Assembly: GCA_022361275.1 (NCBI GenBank)
Contig: JAKSBE010000589.1
Coordinates: 1-57,611, forward strand
Source of the DNA: Kiloniellales bacterium
Lineage (GTDB): Bacteria > Pseudomonadota > Alphaproteobacteria > Kiloniellales > JAKSBE01
Direction: 5' to 3'
Length of the DNA stretch: 57,611 nucleotides
Shown here: piece by piece, positions 33,110 to 40,980 of the stretch
Layout of the letters: the number at the start of each line of letters is the position of its first letter
How positions within the stretch are numbered: the first letter of the stretch is position 1
Position numbers and translations under genes: made by a program
The notes under the pieces: model-generated
The model's database searches: none
Seen by the model: only the letters and a program-made list of their open reading frames with translations
Told to the model about the DNA's origin: nothing

Positions 33110-33193
33110 CCCGGGAGCTTACAGCACTTCCCCTCCCATTCTTCTATGCCGTAGCGAGAAGCCCCGCAGCCACGACGTGCGGGGCTTCTTTTT
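33110..33193 (+). ncRNA. Candidate small RNA with a C/U-rich anti-SD-like tract; 5' end approximate
   Basis: cttcccctcccattcttct immediately upstream of a strong terminator in an ORF-free gap. Confidence 0.35.
33157..33193 (+). terminator. Intrinsic terminator
   Basis: agaagccccgca-9nt-tgcggggcttct perfect 12-bp stem plus T tract. Confidence 0.8.
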
Positions 33194-33343
33194 CGTGTGC
33201 CGAAGCCGGGCGCAGAAATGAAATACTGCTCAAACTCAGAGCATGGCTTTTTCCTTTCTATACTCCAAAAGAACTACATTCGCTTTTAACAGTTTTTTTG
33301 GCGCAGGCCGCGATATTGTCTTTGGCAAATTCAAGGTATAGAG

Positions 33344-34228
33344 ATGCTCCAGCACCGGTCCAGGACAGCAGCACGCAACTCTCTCTTGCAACGCTACGGC
33401 GCGGCGCTCGGTCTGCTCGTCGAGCGCCAGAGGTCCGAGGCCGCTTTGCTCGCGGCCCAAAAGGAGGCCGAGCTGGCGGCCGAGCGGGCCCGCGACGCCG
33501 TGCGCAAGGCGCAGGCCGCCGATCGCGCCAAGACCGCCTTCCTGGCCAACATGAGCCACGAGCTCCGGACACCGCTCAATGCCATCATCGGCTTCTCCGA
33601 GATGATGGTGCTGCTGGGCGACGACGGCCCGGCAAAGTATCGCGAGTACGCCAAGGACATCAGCGCCTCCGGGCACCACCTGCTGGAGCTGATCAACGAC
33701 GTCCTGGACCTGGCGAAGGTCGAGTCCGGCAAGCTCGAACTGGAAGACCGGAAGGTCGACGTCGCCGCCGTGGTCGACGCCAGCCTGACCTTCGTCAGGG
33801 AAAGCGCCCTGGAGCGCGGCCTGGAGCTGTCCCACGCCCTCGGCAAGGATCTGCCACCTCTACGCGCAGATGAACGCAAGCTCAAACAGATCCTCACGAA
33901 CCTGTTGTCCAACGCGGTGAAGTTCACGCCGCAGGGCGGCAAGGTCTGTCTCAAGACGTTTCTCGAAGCGGACGGCGCCCTGGTCTTTCAGATCACCGAC
34001 ACCGGGATCGGGATCGCGGTGCAGGACATCCCGCGGGCACTGGCGCCTTTCGAGCAGGTCAGGCGCCAATCCGGACTGGCCGTCGAGGGCACCGGCCTCG
34101 GGTTGCCCCTGACGAAGGGCCTGATCGAACTCCATGGCGGAAAGCTGTCGATCGACAGCCAGCTCGGGCGAGGCACGAAGGTCACGGTCCGCCTGCCGAG
34201 AGAAAGGGTCTTGGCCCTCGCCGCCTGA
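33344..34228 (+). CDS. Soluble histidine kinase without a sensor domain (PleC/DivJ-like core)
   Basis: [43 protein letters not shown]; only ~60 aa of helical N-terminus. Confidence 0.88.
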   Translation: MLQHRSRTAARNSLLQRYGAALGLLVERQRSEAALLAAQKEAELAAERARDAVRKAQAADRAKTAFLANMSHELRTPLNAIIGFSEMMVLLGDDGPAKYREYAKDISASGHHLLELINDVLDLAKVESGKLELEDRKVDVAAVVDASLTFVRESALERGLELSHALGKDLPPLRADERKLKQILTNLLSNAVKFTPQGGKVCLKTFLEADGALVFQITDTGIGIAVQDIPRALAPFEQVRRQSGLAVEGTGLGLPLTKGLIELHGGKLSIDSQLGRGTKVTVRLPRERVLALAA

Positions 34229-34279
34229 GCCCCGTCAGGAGCGACCTCGGCCAGCAACAAGGAAGGCGAAAGAAGAGCG

Positions 34280-36418
34280 ATGGACCGACGGCCAGCCCCC
34301 CAATCATCCGCCCTTCCCCCAGCCGAAGACGCAGCCGATCCAAGCGCGCAGCGGCGCCGGAGTCCGGCGTCCCTTCCGGCGCCCATCCCGGGGGAAGACG
34401 CCGTCCCGGCGCGACCGGCCTCCGGCGCGGCCGCGCGCGCCTCGGTCCCCGCCGCGCCCTATGCGGAAAGCCCGGTACCGCGACCGGCCAGCCCCGCGTC
34501 TTCGGCCGTGTCCGAGGCGATGGCCCAGAATACGGAGGCCCAGAATACGGGCGCCCGGCGTACGGAGATCCAGGGTACGAAGGCGGTCGGTCCGGAGACG
34601 CCACCGGCAAGCGCGCAACCTTGCGCGCCGGCTGCCGCCCCGCGCAACGAGCCCCGCGCGCGCTACGCCCGGCTTCAGGCCGCGGCTAACGAGATGGCCG
34701 CCGCGCTCGGGCGGGCCGAGCCGGCGACCGGCGCGCCCGCCCGCGCTGGCCAGAGCGTCAACGCGCGACCGGCGCCGGGCCCGGCGCCGAGTCAAGTCGC
34801 TGCCGGCCAGCCGCGGCGGGCTGCGGCGCCGGGCGCCAGGATCGGCCGGGTGGTCTCGGTCTCGGGTGCCCAGGCGGTGGCCTTGCTGGAAGGCGACGCC
34901 ACCGAAGGTGCGGGTCAGCCCCGCGGCCTCGAGATCGGCAAGCTGGTCACCATGCGCACGGAGCGCAGCGTGGTCTTCGGTCTGGTCGCCGGGCTTTCGA
35001 TCCCAGTGCCGTCCCAGAACGGCAGGCAGCCCGAGGTGAAGGTCGTCGAACTCGAGCTCCTGGGCGAGACGTGGATCAACGAGCGCGGCCGGCGCCTGGG
35101 CTTCCAGCGCGGCGTCACCTCCTTTCCCTCGCTCGGCGACGGGGTCTTTCACGCCAGCCGGGAAGACCTCGAGATCATCTTCGCCAGCCCGGACGCGAGC
35201 AAGGTTCGGGTCGGCAGCATCCACCAGGACCGTCGCCTGCCGGCCTGCGTCGCGGTCGACGACCTACTGGGCAAGCACTTCGCCATGCTCGGCACGACCG
35301 GCTCCGGGAAGTCCTGCGCCGTTGCGCTGATCCTGCGCCAGATCCTGCAAGAGCACCAGAACGGCCACGTCGTGCTGCTGGACCCGCACAACGAATACCA
35401 TCGCACCTTCGGCGAAACGGCCGAGCTGATCGATCCGGGCACCCTGGAACTGCCTTTCTGGCTCTTCAACTTCGAGGAGTTCGTCGAGGTGGTCCTGGGC
35501 CGCAAGACCAGCCCGGACGCCATCGAGGCTTCGATCCTCAACGAGCTGATCCCGATCGCCAAGCGGCAGTTCCTCGGCAACGCCGAGGACCACCGCTACG
35601 TGACCGCCGACACGCCGGTGCCCTACCGCTTCAACTACCTGATCCAGCTGATCGACGAGATCATCGGCAAGCTCGAGAAGCCCGAGGACCTCGGCCCCTA
35701 CATGCGGCTCAAGGCCCGGCTGAAGGCGCTGCAGGCCGATTCCCGCTTCTCGTTCATGTTCGGCTCGGTCGCCCTGCGCGACAACATGTCGCAGATCATC
35801 TCGCGGATCTTCCGGATCCCGGTGCAGGGCCGGCCGATCACCATCATCGACCTGTCCGGCGTGCCATCGGAGATCCTGAACGTCGTGGTCTCGGTGCTCT
35901 GCCGCATGACCTTCGACTTCGCGATCTGGAGCGACCGGGCCCTGCCGATCCTCTTCGTCTGCGAGGAAGCGCATCGCTACGCACCGCAGGACCCCAGCCT
36001 CGGCTTCGAGCCGACCAAGCGCGCCCTGTCCCGGATCGCCAAGGAAGGGCGGAAGTACGGCGTCTCGCTCTGCGTCATCACCCAGCGACCGTCGGAGCTC
36101 GACACCGACATTCTGTCCCAGTGCAACACGATCTTCGCGCTGAGGATGAGCAACAGCAAGGACCAGGACTTCGTGCGCAGCACGCTGTCGGAATCGGCCG
36201 AGGGCCTGATGTACTTCCTGCCGCTGCTGCGCACCGCGGAGGCGATCGCGGTCGGCGAAGGCGTCCCGGTGCCCGTACGCATCTGCTTCGACGAGCTGCC
36301 GCGCGAGTATCGCCCGCTCAGCGGCACCGCGCCGTTCTCGGACACCTGGAAGATCGACCAGGGCGACAGCGGCTTCATCGACGCCGTGGTCGAGCGCTGG
36401 CGCCGGCAGCAGCGCTGA
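34280..36418 (+). CDS. HerA/FtsK-superfamily ATPase (DUF87-like) with a Pro/Ala-rich N-terminus
   Basis: HAS-barrel-like IGRVVSVSG; GTTGSGKS, LDPHNEY, CEEAHRY, IAKEGRKYG, TQRPSEL; start uncertain. Confidence 0.85.
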   Translation: MDRRPAPQSSALPPAEDAADPSAQRRRSPASLPAPIPGEDAVPARPASGAAARASVPAAPYAESPVPRPASPASSAVSEAMAQNTEAQNTGARRTEIQGTKAVGPETPPASAQPCAPAAAPRNEPRARYARLQAAANEMAAALGRAEPATGAPARAGQSVNARPAPGPAPSQVAAGQPRRAAAPGARIGRVVSVSGAQAVALLEGDATEGAGQPRGLEIGKLVTMRTERSVVFGLVAGLSIPVPSQNGRQPEVKVVELELLGETWINERGRRLGFQRGVTSFPSLGDGVFHASREDLEIIFASPDASKVRVGSIHQDRRLPACVAVDDLLGKHFAMLGTTGSGKSCAVALILRQILQEHQNGHVVLLDPHNEYHRTFGETAELIDPGTLELPFWLFNFEEFVEVVLGRKTSPDAIEASILNELIPIAKRQFLGNAEDHRYVTADTPVPYRFNYLIQLIDEIIGKLEKPEDLGPYMRLKARLKALQADSRFSFMFGSVALRDNMSQIISRIFRIPVQGRPITIIDLSGVPSEILNVVVSVLCRMTFDFAIWSDRALPILFVCEEAHRYAPQDPSLGFEPTKRALSRIAKEGRKYGVSLCVITQRPSELDTDILSQCNTIFALRMSNSKDQDFVRSTLSESAEGLMYFLPLLRTAEAIAVGEGVPVPVRICFDELPREYRPLSGTAPFSDTWKIDQGDSGFIDAVVERWRRQQR
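34523..34582 (+). repeat. Four degenerate 15-bp tandem units (AQNTE/AQNTG/ARRTE/IQGTK)
   Basis: gcccagaatacggag, gcccagaatacgggc, gcccggcgtacggag, atccagggtacgaag. Confidence 0.65.
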
Positions 36419-36431
36419 CGGCCGGCGGGCC

Positions 36432-37526
36432 TCATTCGGACACCCAGGCGTCGAAGCGCTTCTTCAGTTCTTCCTGGTAGTCCGCCCAGAACTCGAAATC
36501 GCTCTGGACGGCGGTCCGGAAGTTCTCCGGCGCCGTGGGTATCAGCGCCCGCATCGGAATGCCGGCCTCGGCGTGGCTGCCGATCAGGGGGATCGAGGAC
36601 TGCCGCACCGGCCCGTAGGAGATCCAGGCCGCCTGATCGGCGAGACGCTGGGTATCCGTGGCGAAACTGATGAAGGCCATGGCGGCGTCCCGGTTCCGGG
36701 CGCCCTTGGGTATGGCCCAGAGGTCGATGTCCCAGATCTGCCCGTCCCAGACGATCACGAAGGGCTCGCGGTTCTGCACCTGGGCATTGAAGATGCGGCC
36801 GTTGTAGGCCGTCGTCATGACCACCTCGCCGTCGGCCAGAAGCTGCGGCGGCTGGGCGCCGGCGATCCACCAGACGATGTCGTCCTCGATCGTGTCGAGC
36901 TTGGCGAAGGCGCGGTCGATGCCTTCCTCCGTGGCCAGGACCTCGTAGACCTTGCCTGGCGGCACGCCATCGGCCATCAGGGCGAACTCCAGATTGCCCC
37001 GGGGCGTCCGGCGCAGGCCACGCTTGCCGGGGAAGCGCACGGTATCGAAGAAGTCGGTGATCCGGGCCGGCTTGGCCCCCGGGAACCTGGTATCGTCGTA
37101 GGCGAAGATCGTCGACCAGATGACGCTTCCGACGCCGCAATTGTGCAGCGTGCCCGCCACGAAGTCGTCGCGCGCCGCCCTGCCGTTCGGCGCCGGCGGC
37201 AGCAGGTCGAGGTCCAGAGGTTCCAGCAGACCCTCCTCGCAGCCGCGCACGATGTCGGAAAGCACCAGATCGACCACGTCCCAGGTGACCTCGCCCGACC
37301 TGACCTGCGCCCTGATCCCGGCCAGGCCGCCCTCGTGGTTCTCGGAGCGGATCCTGATCCCGGTCCTGGCGGTGAAGGGCTTGTGGTGGGCCTCGACCTG
37401 GCTACGGGTGTAGTCCCCGCCCCAGGACACGACGGTCAGGCTGTCCACGGCCAGCGCCGGCGCCGCTGGACAAAGTACCAGGACCAGCAACGCAGCCAGG
37501 CGGCGCGTATTCGGGTCGACCTTCAT
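36432..37526 (-). CDS. Polyamine/opine-type ABC substrate-binding protein (PotD-like)
   Basis: Signal peptide; LTVVSWGGDY, WDVVD, FPGKRGLR, AYNGR; ATG 37526. Confidence 0.88.
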   Translation of the reverse strand: MKVDPNTRRLAALLVLVLCPAAPALAVDSLTVVSWGGDYTRSQVEAHHKPFTARTGIRIRSENHEGGLAGIRAQVRSGEVTWDVVDLVLSDIVRGCEEGLLEPLDLDLLPPAPNGRAARDDFVAGTLHNCGVGSVIWSTIFAYDDTRFPGAKPARITDFFDTVRFPGKRGLRRTPRGNLEFALMADGVPPGKVYEVLATEEGIDRAFAKLDTIEDDIVWWIAGAQPPQLLADGEVVMTTAYNGRIFNAQVQNREPFVIVWDGQIWDIDLWAIPKGARNRDAAMAFISFATDTQRLADQAAWISYGPVRQSSIPLIGSHAEAGIPMRALIPTAPENFRTAVQSDFEFWADYQEELKKRFDAWVSE

Positions 37527-37709
37527 GTGCCGAGAAAACTCCCTGTTCGATCGCTGATACATCCCATACATGAACGGGATGTATAAGACACGGGTCCGAA
37601 GGGCCGCGCCGAGCTGCTCACCCACCGGAATATGGGGCGGCATAGAGCCTTGGGAAGATGTTCAGGCTCATCTTGTTTCGGGCTTATCGTACCGCAAACG
37701 AGGGACCGC

Positions 37710-38479
37710 TCAGCCCGGGCTGACGCCGCGCTGACGCTCGTTATAACGGCGCAGCATCTCGACCGCGATCATGAGCAAGGTGGACAGGCCGATCAGCAGG
37801 GTCGCCACCGCGAGGATGATCGGGCTGATCTCTTCGCGAATGCCGGCCCGCATCTGCCGCGGGATGGTCTGGTACTCGACGCTCCCGACGAAGAGGACCA
37901 CGACGATCTCGTCGAAGGAGGTGGCGAAGGCGAAGAGGGCGCCCGAGATCACCCCCGGCAGGATCAGCGGCAGCACGACCTTGAAGAACGCCCGGGTCGG
38001 CGTCGCGCCGCACATCAGGCCGGCGCGCACCAGCGACCGGTCGAAGCCGATCAGGGTCGCGGTCACGGTGATGACTACGAAGGGCGTGCCGAGAACGGTG
38101 TGTGCCAGGACGATTCCGATAAAGGAACCAGTAAGCTGCGCGAATTCGTTGAGGCTTGCATAGAAGAAGAAGATACCCGCGGCGGTGATGATCAGCGGCA
38201 CGATCATGGGCGAGATCAGCAGCCCCATGATCAGGTTGCGGAAGGGCATCTCCGCCCGGCTCAGGCCCAGCACCGCCAGCGTGCCGAGCACCGCGGCCAG
38301 TAAGGTCGAGCAGAGCGCACCCTCGGTGAAGGTGAAGTAAGGCTCGGCGTTGAAGGACAGCGGCAGGATGACCAGCAGGGGCGCGATCAGGAATCCGAAG
38401 GCCAGCACGCAGATCGGTATGAAGACGTAGTGCCAGATGCGTTCCAGAAGACCGGGGCATGGGGCGGTAGGGAGATCAT
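37710..38479 (-). pseudogene. PotC-like ABC permease, frameshifted and apparently internally deleted
   Basis: ATG 38479 (MISLPPHA) is out of frame with GLLERIWHY...; EAA-like loop and FATSFDEIVV are present; FTFTEG joins directly to ALCSTL. Confidence 0.65.
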
Positions 38480-38485
38480 GCGCGC

Positions 38486-38540
38486 CTACCCGAGCTTGAG
38501 CCGCTCGACGCCGACCAGCCGGTTGTAGAGCAGGCAAAAG
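38486..38540 (-). pseudogene. 3' remnant of a PotB-like permease
   Basis: Reads ..CLLYNRLVGVERLKLG* directly upstream of the potC-like start; no upstream body. Confidence 0.5.
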
Positions 38541-38602
38541 GTGGAGTCTCTTTTAGGTCACTGGATGTCGGCAAAACGACAAAACCGGGCGCGGACCAAC
38601 CC

Positions 38603-38778
38603 TTAACCAAAGGTTACCACCCCTAGGGGAATTACCAATTTACTAATATTATTGCCTGTTGCAGAGTTAGCGTCATGGTGTTCAGCAAAGTCATCAAGCA
38701 GATCCTCTCAGGCTAGGCTGCCGTGCCGCCGCGGCAATCCAGAGGACACACGAGGACACAGCTTTAACACCTTCCTAA
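38603..38778. promoter_or_regulatory. Two CtrA-like sites (38603..38617 and 38764..38778)
   Basis: ttaa-ccaaagg-ttac and ttaa-caccttc-ctaa in an AT-rich gap. Confidence 0.45.
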
Positions 38779-38850
38779 GTTCGAATTTGCAACCTATAAT
38801 GGTGCCTTCAGGAAGCTTTAATGCTCAAAACAGTTCACGATGGAGGTGAC

Positions 38851-39198
38851 ATGACCGCAGTAACGGTCCTGACAGTCCTGGATCCAAACGGCCTTTCTCG
38901 AGAGGACATCGACGCTCTCAAGACTATTTGCCGCCAGCGCCTGAGCCGCGGCATTGCAGGTTACCTGAGCTACCTTCGAAGCGACGGCGGTGATGCCTAT
39001 GCCGAGATCACGGCCGAGCCGGAGGGAGAGACGGTATTCAAGCTGAAACGCCTGGACGGTACCTACGTCCTTTCCTATTGCTGTCCGCTCTATGGCCAGA
39101 ACCTTTTGGCCGAAGGGTCCAGCTTTCCAGAGGTGATCGAGGCGCTGCCGGATTGGCCGCCGGCCGCGAGCGCGCACCAGATGAGCGAGGCGGTCTAA
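38851..39198 (+). CDS. Hypothetical protein
   Basis: GGAGGT RBS before ATG 38851; protein-like composition; no family recognised. Confidence 0.65.
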   Translation: MTAVTVLTVLDPNGLSREDIDALKTICRQRLSRGIAGYLSYLRSDGGDAYAEITAEPEGETVFKLKRLDGTYVLSYCCPLYGQNLLAEGSSFPEVIEALPDWPPAASAHQMSEAV

Positions 39199-39250
39199 CG
39201 TCGAAGCCCGGCTCCGGGAGCCTGCCCCTCCACCGATCCGAACGGCGGCC

Positions 39251-40276
39251 TCAGGGGCTGCTGCCCTCGATTTCCCGAAGGCTTTCCCGATAGCGCATCG
39301 TCTGTGCGCCGCCCAGTGCAACCGCCTGTTGCGCCGCCGAGATCGCTTCCGAGCGCCGGCCTAACGCCTTGAGCGCATAGGCCAGATTGTTCCAGGCGGC
39401 CGCAGCGTCGGGACGCAGTTCGATCGCTTTCCGATAGGCGGCTTCCGCCCCTGAGGCGTTCCCCGCGGCATAGCGTGTGTTTCCCAGGCCCATCAGGGCG
39501 ACATGGCTTTCCGGCCAGCGGCCCAGCAGCGTCGCGTAGGCGGTTTCCGCTTCCACCAGGCGCCCCGCCCGCTCGAGACCGGCGGCCCCCGCGACCACGT
39601 CTCTTCGATTCGCCGTCGCCGGAAGCCGATCGGGCGCCAGCACCGCGAGCGCCCAGAAGTCACCCCGACGCCAGGTCCGCTCGAAAGTCGCCAGGGCGAC
39701 GCGGCGCCTGGCCTCGGTCCCCGAATGGAGGGTGATGGTGCCGGCCGGAAGGTCATAGCCGATCGCGACGGCGAAGTGCCACTGCGGCAGGAGATCGAGG
39801 CCGAGGTTCTGGAAGACCAGGACCGGATGGCCGGCGGCGAGCTCGGCCAGCAAGGCGTCCAGCCGCCTCACTTCGACCGCCAAGCGGCCGTTGCGGCGCG
39901 TCCCGCCCAGGATGTCGCTTCGCAGGGTACCTTCGCGTCCCGGCGTGTAGACCTGGGACACCAGATCCTCCGCGGTCACCGGCAGGCCGGACCAGGCCAG
40001 CACCATGGCCAGGGCCGCCGGGCCGCAGTAGTAGCGCTCCTGCGGAAAGAAGGGCACCTCCGCGATCGCCACCCGTGGCGGCAGCCCGCCCGGCTGCTCC
40101 AGCAGCCGTTCCGTCTGGGTCGCTGCGCAGGCCGCAAGCCCCAAAGCCAGGACCAGGCTGGCCAGGCGGCCCGCCTGCCGGCAAAGCCGGACGCCACGGG
40201 CCGGTCTTGCGCGCGCGGGCCGCGGGCCTCGTCGAGCCCGCGCCCGTCTCGGGATCGGAACCTGGTCCAGGAGCAT
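39251..40276 (-). CDS. PA2778-family C39-like cysteine peptidase lipoprotein with TPR repeats
   Basis: Lipobox LAAC; VPFFPQERYYCGPAALAM, WHFAVAIGYD; C-terminal TPR AAAWNNLAYAL. Confidence 0.82.
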   Translation of the reverse strand: MLLDQVPIPRRARARRGPRPARARPARGVRLCRQAGRLASLVLALGLAACAATQTERLLEQPGGLPPRVAIAEVPFFPQERYYCGPAALAMVLAWSGLPVTAEDLVSQVYTPGREGTLRSDILGGTRRNGRLAVEVRRLDALLAELAAGHPVLVFQNLGLDLLPQWHFAVAIGYDLPAGTITLHSGTEARRRVALATFERTWRRGDFWALAVLAPDRLPATANRRDVVAGAAGLERAGRLVEAETAYATLLGRWPESHVALMGLGNTRYAAGNASGAEAAYRKAIELRPDAAAAWNNLAYALKALGRRSEAISAAQQAVALGGAQTMRYRESLREIEGSSP

Positions 40277-40371
40277 GGCTGCGCACCACGTAAACCGCTA
40301 TCGACCCGGAAGATAGCACGCGGGGACGCCAGCGCTCCCCGCCTGCGACCGCGCGGACAGCGGTGGGACCG

Positions 40372-40791
40372 TCAGGTTCCGCCGAGCGAATCGATGAAGG
40401 GAAAGACGTCGGTCACGCCGAGCAGGTCCGTGATGATCAGAATCAGGAAGATAATCAGAATCGTCGCAACCAGAAACACCACGACGCCTTGGCCCGCCGG
40501 ATCCTGGTCCATCCGATCGACGATCGTCGCGATCTCGGCGTCGGAGAGGCTCTGCACGCGCCGTGCCGCCTCGTCCGGGTTCACCCCCAGGCTCGTGATC
40601 TGCTGTCTTACGTCCTCCCGGGCGAGAAAGGCGAGCACGCGTTCCCGGTCGGCCTCGGCCTGGCTTTCGGCCAGAACCTGATCGGTCGTGACCAGCGCGG
40701 CCTGAGAGACGTTGACCGGCAGGGAAACGAAGAGAACGACCAGGGCCAAAGGCATCGCCAAAGCCCGGCAGAAACGATCGAAGAAGGTCAT
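40372..40791 (-). CDS. PA2779-family protein
   Basis: Signal peptide; FLAREDVRQQ..LGVNPDEA..RV.SLSDAEI; C-terminal hydrophobic ITDLLGVTDVFPF. Confidence 0.8.
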   Translation of the reverse strand: MTFFDRFCRALAMPLALVVLFVSLPVNVSQAALVTTDQVLAESQAEADRERVLAFLAREDVRQQITSLGVNPDEAARRVQSLSDAEIATIVDRMDQDPAGQGVVVFLVATILIIFLILIITDLLGVTDVFPFIDSLGGT

Positions 40792-40980
40792 CTTGGGTTG
40801 CCCCCCTCTGCTACCTCGGCGGAACCGGCAGGCACAGCCGCCGATTCGAGTGCGCAGGATTATTGAGACGTCGCGTCCCGCTGCCAAGTCTGGACAGCAC
40901 GTTGCCACGCTATGGTCACCGCCCAGGAATCGCCGGCGGCGGGCGCGAACCGACCGCAGTGCCTGGCCCGCCGGCTCGCG

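Noticed and set aside
34280-36418. HerA-based anti-phage system (Sir2-HerA, HerA-DUF4297) or HerA-NurA
   Set aside because: No effector or nuclease gene adjacent and no defence-island context
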